Shown here: in pieces, positions 15,804 to 24,417 of the stretch | How positions within the stretch are numbered: the first letter of the stretch is position 1 | Layout: the number at the start of each line of letters is the position of its first letter | Made by a program: the position numbers and the translations under genes | Source: Thermoplasmata archaeon | Lineage (GTDB): Archaea > Thermoplasmatota > Thermoplasmata > RBG-16-68-12 > JAFNFQ01 | Length of the DNA: 33,395 nucleotides | Direction: 5' to 3' | Assembly: GCA_041489255.1 (NCBI GenBank) | Contig: JBGPQV010000026.1 | Coordinates: 1-33,395, forward strand | Notes under the pieces: generated by a model | What the model saw: the letters and a program-made list of their open reading frames with translations, nothing else | The model's database searches: none | Told to the model about the DNA's origin: nothing

Positions 15804-16297
15804 TCATGGCGGTTCGCAATAAGATGCGGCCTCTAAGCTAGTTCGAAGCCACCATAGACTCGCAGTCGCATTCCTATACCGGAAGTAATCGGACACAGGC
15901 TCGCCAGCCGTGTTGTTATTCCTGTCAGGAGCGCCGTAGCTTGGGTCATACGGTCCCTGGTCATCGTCCCACCAGTTGCACTCCGCGTGGAAATACACTC
16001 CGGACGTGGGGTCCTCCGCCTCAATCCCCACGCCGTTGTCCGTCAGGTCGTTCCACCATATCTGCCGGTTGAACGTGCCCACGATGGAAGACAGGTAGAT
16101 CCCCGCCTCGCTGTTGTTGTGTATCGTGTTGTTGTCCTTGATCCAGGGGGCGTAGGTCGTGTCGATGTAAATCCCGTACTCGGTGTTTCCGGCTATGACG
16201 TTCCCGCCTCCCTTACTACCCCCGCCACAGATATGGGGTTCGCTGCCACTTATACTTGTTCCCACGTTGTTTACCTCTATTGCATTGTAGCGAGTGG
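15804..16297 (-). pseudogene. C-terminal fragment of a right-handed parallel beta-helix (NosD/PbH1-like) secreted protein
   Basis: I.GN..YGIYI, IHNNSEAGIYL, DLTDNGVGI repeats and an AECNWWDDDQGP...GEPVS terminal motif. No signal peptide or credible start; the ORF N-terminus (to 16385) looks non-coding. Confidence 0.6.
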
Positions 16298-16599
16298 GGA
16301 AAGCTGAAAAAGGGACACGGCGCGGCCATATGCACATCGTCTTGCCTCTCGCTTGCCCGGGGCCGCGGCCGTGTGACACCTCCAAGTCTGGCGTCTCATC
16401 GCCCTTGCTGATATATGGCGATTGTGTGACGCATCAGAGGTCAGACTCTGACGCTGGCAATTCCACGTTAGCACGTCTAATTGTGGCCATCAACCCGCCA
16501 AGCGGAGATTCAAGCAAGCCTCGAAGCGAGATCTGCGACACCCGCCGTTCGTACAACTCTCCAAAACCCTTTTGAGGAAACCCGACCCTAGCCCGCTCG

Positions 16600-17835
16600 T
16601 TGCCCAAGGAGAAGTCGGACCAGCGCACCCAAACCCTGACCACCCACTGGATCCAGGCGATGTTCAGGCGATATTACGAGAAGGTCGAGCTCAAACTCCC
16701 GCCAAGGTTCGCCCGCCGCGAGTACGGTTTCATGTTCCACGACAGCGACATGGTGCAGAGGCATCTGGGCTTCGCTAGGGCCGAGGACCTGAAGGACTAT
16801 CTTGTGACCAGGACTCCTGCACACGCCTACCACTCCGCCGCGTACTACCAAAAACCAGACGCCCCGACAATGGAGGAGAAAGGTTGGCTCGGCGCTGACC
16901 TCATCTTCGACCTAGACGCAGACCACATCGCGAGGGTCAAGGGCATGCCCTATGAACAAATGCTGGAAGAGGTGAAGGGGGAGATCAAGAAGATCGTGGA
17001 CCAGTATCTGCTCGGGGACTTCGGCCTCGATGAGAAGTACATCTCGATATCTTTCTCTGGAGGCCGTGGCTACCACATCCACGCGAGGGACCCGCACCTC
17101 TGGCCCCTGGGCGCTCACGAGCGCAGAGAGATCGTGGACTATATCACGGGGACCGACCTGGACCCCGGATCATTCATCAAACGAGAAGCGTACGATGTGA
17201 GCCGATGGGGTGCGAAATATCGTTACTCGATGCCATCTTCGAAGGATCCAGGATGGCGTCGGAGAGTCGGGCGGGGAATCATAGCAGAGGCGGAGCGTCT
17301 TGAGTCGATGAGCAAGGACGAGGCAATCCAGCATCTCCGTGGTTTCGACCGGGTTGGACCCAAAGCCGCAGAAGAAATATACAAGACCCTTTTCGCTCCT
17401 GTCAAAGGAGGGCAGAGGGGGATTGACAAGCTCAGGGAGGGCAGGATCGACATCTTCCCCTCCGATCGATATCTGAATGATTTCAGAAAGATCTATCTGC
17501 AGGCCGCGGTCGACCTCGGCAAGAGAGAGACCGACGAACCAGTTACGTCAGACGTCAAGCGACTCATCCGTCTGGTATCGTCGCTCCACGGGAAGACCGG
17601 TTTGGTGGTCATCGGCATGAAGCGAGATCAGCTCGACGACTTCAGGCCCCTGAGGGACGCGGTCGCGCCAGCGTTCCGTGATGACCCGGTCAGGGTCGAG
17701 GTCGTCAAGCCGGCGAAGCTGACATTGAGAGGGGAAACTTTTAATCTGAGTGAGGGGCTAACTGAAATCCCGGAGTACGCCGCGGTGTTTCTGACCTGCC
17801 GTGGCCTTGCAACCATCCCTCAGGTATCCGCATGA
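16600..17835 (+). CDS. priS: DNA primase catalytic (small) subunit
   Basis: RREYGF, PAHAYHSAAYY, KGWLGADLIFDLDADH, SFSGGRGYHIH, DEPVTSDVKRLIRL..SLHGKTG. TTG start. Confidence 0.95.
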   Translation: MPKEKSDQRTQTLTTHWIQAMFRRYYEKVELKLPPRFARREYGFMFHDSDMVQRHLGFARAEDLKDYLVTRTPAHAYHSAAYYQKPDAPTMEEKGWLGADLIFDLDADHIARVKGMPYEQMLEEVKGEIKKIVDQYLLGDFGLDEKYISISFSGGRGYHIHARDPHLWPLGAHERREIVDYITGTDLDPGSFIKREAYDVSRWGAKYRYSMPSSKDPGWRRRVGRGIIAEAERLESMSKDEAIQHLRGFDRVGPKAAEEIYKTLFAPVKGGQRGIDKLREGRIDIFPSDRYLNDFRKIYLQAAVDLGKRETDEPVTSDVKRLIRLVSSLHGKTGLVVIGMKRDQLDDFRPLRDAVAPAFRDDPVRVEVVKPAKLTLRGETFNLSEGLTEIPEYAAVFLTCRGLATIPQVSA

Positions 17836-20018
17836 AACCGTATCAGGAGATGTTGGAAGGCGGCTACCACCTCGTCCGCATCAGGAACCTGAAGCGTGTG
17901 ATTTTCCTTTTCGTCCTCATACTCATGGTCGTGGGCTGGGCCTTCATCTGGTGGTCGGGAAATGTCGGATTCAAACCGCTCTACGCGCCGTTGGACGCGG
18001 TTTTCCCATGGCTGATGATCATGCTTCTTGCGATGGTAGCGACGTCGATATCCTTCAGAGACCTGGAGATCAAGTACGCCAAGAGGGACGGCCAGAAGTT
18101 CCTCATGGCCAACAACTCGCAAAAGAGAGCCATATGGACCGTAATCGTCGCCACCACGCTGATGGTGATACTGCTTCTCCCTCCGACGTCAGACTTCGTC
18201 TCGGGAGAGTTATCTCAGACCAGGACAGGGCGGGTGGCGTCCGGAAACATGACGATAATCTCAGATTTCTCCAACCAGGATTTCCTCGGTCTGAGCAAGG
18301 TCCAGTGGTTCAAGATCACGAATGTGCTTTCCTCAAACGCGAATCTGCGTGTCAGGGTTTTCATGGACGGTTCGAGGGTTGCAGAGCAGAACCTGCAGCC
18401 CGACCATTTCCTCCAGAACACCGGCTACAACGAAGGCGACGCCATACATACTTTCAACATGACTCTCGAGAATATGGGGGCGGGGTCGGCCGATTATGAG
18501 CTCATCATCCACGTCCGAATGTCTTCCGTCCTCACGTTATGGGTTCCGGTCATCATGGTATTCTTCATCGGACTGAGCGCGGCCTGGGTTATCCACCTGA
18601 TGCCGATCAAGAAGAAGTATGCCTCCGCCTCGATCTACAGCTTCGAGTACGATCAGGAAGTGGACAAGGGGGAGCAGGTCTACAGCAGGTACGACGTCAG
18701 GTCAAAGGCAGAGGGTGCGTCCGATGCCGGCGATCTCCCACCGCCTCCGGAAATGGCTCCGGACCTCCCGCCGCCGCCAGTGCCGGGTGCCGAGACGCCT
18801 CCGCCACCCGTGGATCACGTCCTCTTCCTGCCGGGTGCGGGCCCTCAGATCGAGAGGAGCGCGCCGCCTGAGCCCGCCAGGGAGTTTGACATTTTCATAG
18901 AGGATGGGTCGAAGTGCTTCACAAACGGCGACCTCGAGGGTGCCCTGAAGAACTTCGATGCTGCCCTCGCTCTCGAACCATCGAACATCACGGCGATGCT
19001 CGCGAAGGGCGCTGTCCTCGTCAGGCTCGCGAAGGAGAAGGAGGCCCTCGATGTTTTCAACAAAGTGCTCGCGGTCGAGAGCCACAACGAGAAGGCGCTG
19101 CACAGCAAGTCGCGGCTCCTTATCGACCTGCAGCAGTGGAGTGACGCGGCAAGAACTCTGGATGCGTACCTGCAGTTGAACCCCGCAGACGTCGACGCGC
19201 TCGGCTGGAAGGGCGATGTGCTCATGGCTATGGGCAGGAGGAACGACGCCGCCTTGACCTATGAGACGGCGCTCAACCTTCAGCCCGACAACGCTGGCCT
19301 GAAGACGAAGCTGGAGAGGGCAAGGCTGGACGTCCCCTCGATACTCTCGAGGGCGATGGTGTCGACCGCGTCCGGCAACTACGACGGTGCCCTTGCGCTC
19401 TACGAGGAGATACTCAGATACGAACCGTCGAACACGAGGGCTTTGGCGGGGAAAGCTGGAGTGCTCAGGCGCCTCGGCAGGAGGGAGGAGGCGATAGCCG
19501 CTCTGGACGCAGTCCTCTCAATAGAGCAATACAATCCGAGCGCGCTGCTCGAGAGGGCGAAGCTGCATCTGGAGGAAGGCCATCTGACCGAGGCGCTCGA
19601 CTCCGCGGAGAAGTTCATCGAGGTCAGTCCGGCGGATGTCAGAGGCCTCATCATGAAGGGGGACACGCTCGGAGAGATGGATCGGTTCGACGAGGCGCGC
19701 GTGGCCTACAAGCAGGCGCTCACCATCGAGATGGATAACCCCGAGGCGAAGGGCAGGCTGGACCATCTGGACGCCAGGATCGCGGGAATCGCGCAAGGCC
19801 TGCTCTCGAGGGAGCTCGATGAGGTCAAAGGCATTGGGCCCGCCAAGATTAGGGCGCTCTATGAGGCGGGACTGAAGACAGTGGACGATCTGAGGAAGGC
19901 CACTGCGGATGAATTGAGCTTGGTGAAGGGTATCTCGAAGAAGCTAGCCGAGGACATCGTGCAGCATTTCAAAGGGCCTCCCGCTGAAGGCACGCCACCC
20001 CAAGCGCCGCCGGCCTAG
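17832..20018 (+). CDS. Membrane protein with four TM helices, Pro-rich linker, TPR repeats and C-terminal helix-hairpin-helix domain
   Basis: Four hydrophobic segments, PPPP linker, about nine TPR-like units (A...FD.AL.L.P.N..A...KG..L) and ELDEVKGIGPAK...ELSLVKGISKKLAEDI. ATGA overlap with priS. Confidence 0.85.
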   Translation: MKPYQEMLEGGYHLVRIRNLKRVIFLFVLILMVVGWAFIWWSGNVGFKPLYAPLDAVFPWLMIMLLAMVATSISFRDLEIKYAKRDGQKFLMANNSQKRAIWTVIVATTLMVILLLPPTSDFVSGELSQTRTGRVASGNMTIISDFSNQDFLGLSKVQWFKITNVLSSNANLRVRVFMDGSRVAEQNLQPDHFLQNTGYNEGDAIHTFNMTLENMGAGSADYELIIHVRMSSVLTLWVPVIMVFFIGLSAAWVIHLMPIKKKYASASIYSFEYDQEVDKGEQVYSRYDVRSKAEGASDAGDLPPPPEMAPDLPPPPVPGAETPPPPVDHVLFLPGAGPQIERSAPPEPAREFDIFIEDGSKCFTNGDLEGALKNFDAALALEPSNITAMLAKGAVLVRLAKEKEALDVFNKVLAVESHNEKALHSKSRLLIDLQQWSDAARTLDAYLQLNPADVDALGWKGDVLMAMGRRNDAALTYETALNLQPDNAGLKTKLERARLDVPSILSRAMVSTASGNYDGALALYEEILRYEPSNTRALAGKAGVLRRLGRREEAIAALDAVLSIEQYNPSALLERAKLHLEEGHLTEALDSAEKFIEVSPADVRGLIMKGDTLGEMDRFDEARVAYKQALTIEMDNPEAKGRLDHLDARIAGIAQGLLSRELDEVKGIGPAKIRALYEAGLKTVDDLRKATADELSLVKGISKKLAEDIVQHFKGPPAEGTPPQAPPA

Positions 20019-20031
20019 CTGGACCGCCTTG

Positions 20032-20047
20032 CAAACGTATTAATAAA
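20032..20047 (+). promoter_or_regulatory. BRE-TATA promoter of rpl18a-pfdA-ftsY operon
   Basis: CAAACGTATTAATAAA about 25-35 nt upstream of ATG 20071 (near-leaderless). Confidence 0.6.
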
Positions 20048-20070
20048 GAGCGAAGCTTCCGACAAAAGAC

Positions 20071-20301
20071 ATGAAGGCGTACAAAGTCACAGGCTCCTTC
20101 CTGATGAAGGACAGGTGGCAGAACTTCACCAAGGAGGTCGCCGCCGAGAACCCGGCGCAGGCGAAAGAGGTGATACTCTCGGACCTCGGCAGCAAGCACA
20201 GGGTCACGCGGAAGTTCGTAAAGGTCGAGAAGATCGAAGAACTCACCCCGGACCAGCTGGAGAACCCTGTCGTCAAGTGGAAAGTTGGCGGGATGAAATG
20301 A
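20071..20301 (+). CDS. rpl18a: 50S ribosomal protein L18Ae (LX/eL20)
   Basis: MKAYKVTG...FTKEV.A.....A.E...S.LGSKH.V.R..V....IEE. Conserved position before pfdA-ftsY. Confidence 0.92.
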   Translation: MKAYKVTGSFLMKDRWQNFTKEVAAENPAQAKEVILSDLGSKHRVTRKFVKVEKIEELTPDQLENPVVKWKVGGMK

Positions 20302-20732
20302 ACAATGAGGAGGAAGTCAGGAGGGCCGCGGCCGTCCTGGATTCGCAGAGGGCGCAGCTCGAGAGCCTCGCGCGGCAAGAGGAGATCCTGCAGTACTCGC
20401 TCGAGGAGCTCCTGAGGGCGCGGGAGACCGTGGGCAACGCACGCCAGGCTGGCAAGGGCACCGAGGCCCTGGTCCCGGTCGGCGCGGGGGCATTCCTGTT
20501 CATGAACGTCAAGGACTCGGACAAGGCACTGATGAGCATAGGCTCCGACCTGGTTCTTGAGGAGAGCGTGGACAAGGTTCTGGAGAAGCTCGACGCGCGG
20601 GTGAAGGAGATCGAGGAGGCGAGCAAGACCCTGTCGGAGAAGATATCTGACCTTGACGACCGAGTCGGGGTCCAGGCGAGGTTCGTCCAGGACTTGTATG
20701 ACAGGGCGAAGAAAGTGGCCCCCGGGGCCTGA
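20298..20732 (+). CDS. pfdA: Prefoldin alpha subunit
   Basis: Coiled coil - EALVPVGAGAF...KALMSIGSDLVLE - coiled coil. ATG 20298 overlaps the rpl18a stop (ATGA). Confidence 0.9.
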   Translation: MNNEEEVRRAAAVLDSQRAQLESLARQEEILQYSLEELLRARETVGNARQAGKGTEALVPVGAGAFLFMNVKDSDKALMSIGSDLVLEESVDKVLEKLDARVKEIEEASKTLSEKISDLDDRVGVQARFVQDLYDRAKKVAPGA

Positions 20733-20746
20733 GGAAGACGCACGGG

Positions 20747-21679
20747 ATGTTCAAGCTACTCAAGGAGAGACTGGCGGGCTGGAGGATGAAGGCCGACACC
20801 GCACCGGCCGAGATGTTCTCCGACTCCGGTGGCAGGATCAACGAGGGGAAACTGGAGGAGGTCCTCTACGATCTGGAGATGGCGCTTCTGGAATCAGACG
20901 TCGCCCTCTCCGTCGCAAAGGAGATAGTGGATGCGTTCGCGGAAAACATAAAGGGCAAGCGGATCACGAAGAAGCTGGACTTCGATGCGGCCGTGCGCGA
21001 GGGGCTCAAGCAGGCGGTCGAGAAGGCGCTGTCCGCAGACAGGATCGACTTCTTTGATTTTATTGCGAAGTCGCCTAAGCCGGCGGTGGTCATGTTCGTC
21101 GGCGTCAACGGGACCGGCAAGACCACAGTGATTGCGAAGCTCGCTCACGCCCTACAGGAGCGCGGCTTGTCCTGCGTCATCGCAGCCGCGGACACGTTCC
21201 GGGCCGGCGCTATCGAACAGCTGGAGCAGCACGGGGAGAAGCTCGGCGTGAAGGTCATTGCCCACAAGGCGGGCAGCGACCCCGCAGCGGTGGCCTACGA
21301 CGCGATAGAGCACGCGAAGGCCCGTCACAGGGACGTCGTGCTGATCGACACCGCGGGCAGGATGCAGACGAACCTGAACCTCATGGAGCAGATGAAGAAG
21401 ATACGGCGGGTCGCGAGCCCGAACATGACCGTGTTCGTCGGGGACGCGCTGGCGGGGAACGACGTGGTCGAGCAGGCGAAGAAGTTCCAAGAGACAGTCG
21501 GCTTCGACGCGGCTATCCTGGCCAAGATAGACGCGGATGCGAAGGGCGGGGCGGCCCTGTCTATCGCTCACACCGTCGGGAAGCCGATTCTTTTCGTGGG
21601 GACGGGCCAGGGTTACGACGACCTTCAGGCGTTCGACGCGCGATGGCTCGTGGACAGGCTGTTTGGGGAGGCACCGTGA
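20747..21679 (+). CDS. ftsY: Signal recognition particle receptor FtsY
   Basis: LLESDVA, GVNGTGKTT, DTFRAGAIEQL, DTAGR, KIDADAKGG, GTGQGYDDL. Confidence 0.97.
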   Translation: MFKLLKERLAGWRMKADTAPAEMFSDSGGRINEGKLEEVLYDLEMALLESDVALSVAKEIVDAFAENIKGKRITKKLDFDAAVREGLKQAVEKALSADRIDFFDFIAKSPKPAVVMFVGVNGTGKTTVIAKLAHALQERGLSCVIAAADTFRAGAIEQLEQHGEKLGVKVIAHKAGSDPAAVAYDAIEHAKARHRDVVLIDTAGRMQTNLNLMEQMKKIRRVASPNMTVFVGDALAGNDVVEQAKKFQETVGFDAAILAKIDADAKGGAALSIAHTVGKPILFVGTGQGYDDLQAFDARWLVDRLFGEAP

Positions 21680-22785
21680 TGAGCTGGATGGACGAGGTTC
21701 AGGAAGGACGGCTGATGGAGTTCCCTGTACTCCAAGTGGCGGCAGCGCTCGTCAAGAGCAACGTGCGAAGCATCGACGTGACATCGATCGCGCACATTGG
21801 TGACCACAGGCGTGAGAACAAACCGCTCCTGGAGATCACTGGGAGCGCTCACAGGTTCACATGCAAGGTCCTCGCTGACGACGACGAGTACCTCGACTGG
21901 CTCAATAGCGCGCTGCTCTGCTCCGGCATGGTCAAGCCGTTCGGCCTCGAGACCCTCGCGAGTAGGCTGGCTCAGTACGAGGACGTGATCATAGGCGTCG
22001 ACACGAACATCCTCTACAGCAGCATCCTCAGCGAGCACCTCCTCGATGCATTGTGCGCTCCGTGCACGGGGTCTTACAAGGAGGCGATCAACTGGATCCT
22101 GCTGGTAATCCCCGGGGTCGTGATGAAAGAGCTGGAGAATTCCGCTAACCAAAAGAAGGGCGGCTACCTCACCCACGTCGGCAGGAGGGGCTACAGGGCG
22201 CTGCAGGAGATCATGGTGCTCAAGAGCTCCGAGGGGTTCTCCGGCCTGAGCGTCCTCGTGGCGGGACAGACCAACCCCGAGCAGATGAGGCTCACCGCGG
22301 ACGGCCTCACGATACTGAACGCGGACAGCCTCATCCGAGATCAGTTCAAGGCGTTTCTCAAGGGGGTGGACTTCCACAAGGGCACCTTCTTCCTGACTAT
22401 GGACAAGACGATCGCGTCGCTTGCGGCGGCGGAGGGCATCAACGTCGCGAGGGTCCAGCACCCGAGGCGGCTGAGGAAAGGATTCGATGTCTCGATGCCG
22501 CCGGGGGAGGAGGTCCTCCTCGCCAGGGTTCTCTACGAGGTGGCGGTGGAGTTCGGGGAGATCAGAATCTCTTGGCGGGACAAGAACAAGGAGAACTACA
22601 TCGACCTCGATGGCGGGTGGCAGTGGAAGAACATGGAGCACTGGGAGGCGTGGCAGACGCTGTGCCAGAGCCACTCGCAGGGTTTCCAGAAGGCGATAGC
22701 GCGGCTCGACGACGGTCGAGTCAATATCTCGCGGCTGACACAGGAATGGAGGAGGTTCGCCGAGGAGAACCTCAGCCAGTTCTGA
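21679..22785 (+). CDS. PIN-domain-containing protein (368 aa)
   Basis: IIGVDTNILY, VIPGVVMKELE, NADSLIR and FLTMDK give the PIN acidic residue pattern. TGATG overlap with ftsY. Confidence 0.7.
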   Translation: MSWMDEVQEGRLMEFPVLQVAAALVKSNVRSIDVTSIAHIGDHRRENKPLLEITGSAHRFTCKVLADDDEYLDWLNSALLCSGMVKPFGLETLASRLAQYEDVIIGVDTNILYSSILSEHLLDALCAPCTGSYKEAINWILLVIPGVVMKELENSANQKKGGYLTHVGRRGYRALQEIMVLKSSEGFSGLSVLVAGQTNPEQMRLTADGLTILNADSLIRDQFKAFLKGVDFHKGTFFLTMDKTIASLAAAEGINVARVQHPRRLRKGFDVSMPPGEEVLLARVLYEVAVEFGEIRISWRDKNKENYIDLDGGWQWKNMEHWEAWQTLCQSHSQGFQKAIARLDDGRVNISRLTQEWRRFAEENLSQF

Positions 22786-23461
22786 CCCAGCGGAACCTCT
22801 TCATGAACATGTACCTCAGGTTCTTCCAGGCGTCCGAGAAGGATCTGAGCTTCTTCTCGCCCACTCGCGGGCGGTAGTCTATCGAAACCTCGACGAACGT
22901 CAACCCCGCCATGATGGCCTCCATCTTCAGTTCCTCTGAGAATGGCATGCCGTCGTTGAGCAGGGTCAGGCGCTCGAGGATCGAGCGGCGGAACACCCAC
23001 ATGCCTGATTGGCTGTCCTTGGTTTCGTGTCCCGTCAAGAACCTGAATGAGATGTTGAGCATCGCGTTCCCGATGCGGTGCATCCCGGTCATGGCCCCCG
23101 GCTTGAGGTTGCTCAACCTGTCGCCGCAGATGAAATCGGCCCCACCATCGAGCAGTCCGATGAACTCGGGTATCCTGTCGGCGGGATAGGTGAGGTCGGC
23201 GTCGAGGGTCGCAATATACTTGCCCTTGGCTTCGGCGAATCCTGTCTTGTATGCCCGCCCGTATCCCCGCCTGGGCTCCGGGACGACCCTGGCCCCCTTG
23301 GACCTCGCGATGTCGACGGTACCGTCCGTTGACTCGGTGTCGACGACGATTATCTCGTGGTCGTGTCCCCTCAGGGCCTCGTGGACTTCATCAATGACCG
23401 AGCCGATCGAGCCCGCCTCGTTTCTGGAGGGGATGACAATCGACACCTCGACCTCGGGCAT
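22772..23461 (-). CDS. Family 2 glycosyltransferase (dolichol-phosphate glycosyltransferase/DPM1-like)
   Basis: SIVIPSRNEA, VVDTESTDGT, RGYGRAY, TLDADLTY, DSQSGM, YRPRVGEKKL. Confidence 0.9.
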   Translation of the reverse strand: MPEVEVSIVIPSRNEAGSIGSVIDEVHEALRGHDHEIIVVDTESTDGTVDIARSKGARVVPEPRRGYGRAYKTGFAEAKGKYIATLDADLTYPADRIPEFIGLLDGGADFICGDRLSNLKPGAMTGMHRIGNAMLNISFRFLTGHETKDSQSGMWVFRRSILERLTLLNDGMPFSEELKMEAIMAGLTFVEVSIDYRPRVGEKKLRSFSDAWKNLRYMFMKRFRWVRTG

Positions 23462-23482
23462 CGCCCGCCCATCCCTCCGGTT

Positions 23483-24289
23483 CTATAAGGATTTGCTGGG
23501 GGGTTGCAGTGTTGGCAGGCGCTTCCCGAATATCTTGAACGCGAGGTATCCTGTCAGGGCGACGGACAGCCTCAACAGGGACCAGAGGGTCACCTGTCGC
23601 TTGAACATCTCGAACGGGCGGTAACTATGCCAGAGTGTTCCGTGTTTCATCGTGAGCTGCTTGCGCCCCGCCCCGTTCCAGAACGCCTGACGGAAGAAGT
23701 CGTAAACCGTGCCTCTCGTCCTGTGATAGACAATCGCGTCCTTCTCGTAGTGTATGGTGTTCCCCGCGCGGACCGCTCGGAGGTTGAGGTCGATGTCCTC
23801 GGCGGTGATGAACCACTCGTCGAAGCCGCCAGCCGCGAGGAAAGCCTCCTTCCTGTAGGTGAGGTTCGTCGAAGGGAAGGTGATGTCGTACCCTCTGTAG
23901 ATCAGTTCGACGCGCTCGAGGTCCTCGAACGGCTCGTGGCCAATCTGTATGGTCCTTCCAGCCACGACGTTCGCCATCGACATCGCCTTCCTGATCCTCG
24001 GTGCCCAGAATGGGTTCACTATCGCGTCTCCGTCTATGAAAGCGACAATGTCACCCTTCGCAATCTTCACTCCATAGTCTCGTCCCGCCGCCCTGGTCCC
24101 GCCATGGATGACCACTCTGACGAACGGGTAGCGCGAAGCATAATCCTGGGCAATCTGCACCGTCCTGTCGTGGCTATGCGCGTCGACTATGATGACCTCG
24201 ATCGGCTGCTCCTGCACCACCATGCTGTCGAGGAAGTCGGAGATGTTGCGCTCCTCGTTGCGCACGGTGGTAACGACGCTGATGAGCAC
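23483..24289 (-). CDS. Family 2 glycosyltransferase
   Basis: ISVVTTVRNEE, IIVDAHSHDRT, AFIDGDA, GGFDE...AEDIDL. Confidence 0.9.
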   Translation of the reverse strand: MLISVVTTVRNEERNISDFLDSMVVQEQPIEVIIVDAHSHDRTVQIAQDYASRYPFVRVVIHGGTRAAGRDYGVKIAKGDIVAFIDGDAIVNPFWAPRIRKAMSMANVVAGRTIQIGHEPFEDLERVELIYRGYDITFPSTNLTYRKEAFLAAGGFDEWFITAEDIDLNLRAVRAGNTIHYEKDAIVYHRTRGTVYDFFRQAFWNGAGRKQLTMKHGTLWHSYRPFEMFKRQVTLWSLLRLSVALTGYLAFKIFGKRLPTLQPPSKSL

Positions 24290-24380
24290 GACGGTGCGAA
24301 GTTGCTCTGCTCATATGGTCTTTTCGGCAAGGATGTTCTCAGGGGAAAACAAACGGGGTCGGACCAGCCCCGGCACTATG

Positions 24381-24388
24381 TTTATTAT
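24381..24388 (+). promoter_or_regulatory. TATA box for wecB-GT4
   Basis: TTTATTAT about 30 nt upstream of ATG 24418, in the divergent intergenic region. Confidence 0.5.
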
Positions 24389-24417
24389 CGCCCGCCATCA
24401 TACATCGCCGGAACGCA

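Noticed and set aside
20115-20297. N-terminal extensions in the ORF track for pfdA, and likewise for crotonase, GT4s, gmhA and the PIN gene
   Set aside because: They overlap upstream genes. Downstream starts with SD sites or stop/start overlaps fit the family lengths.
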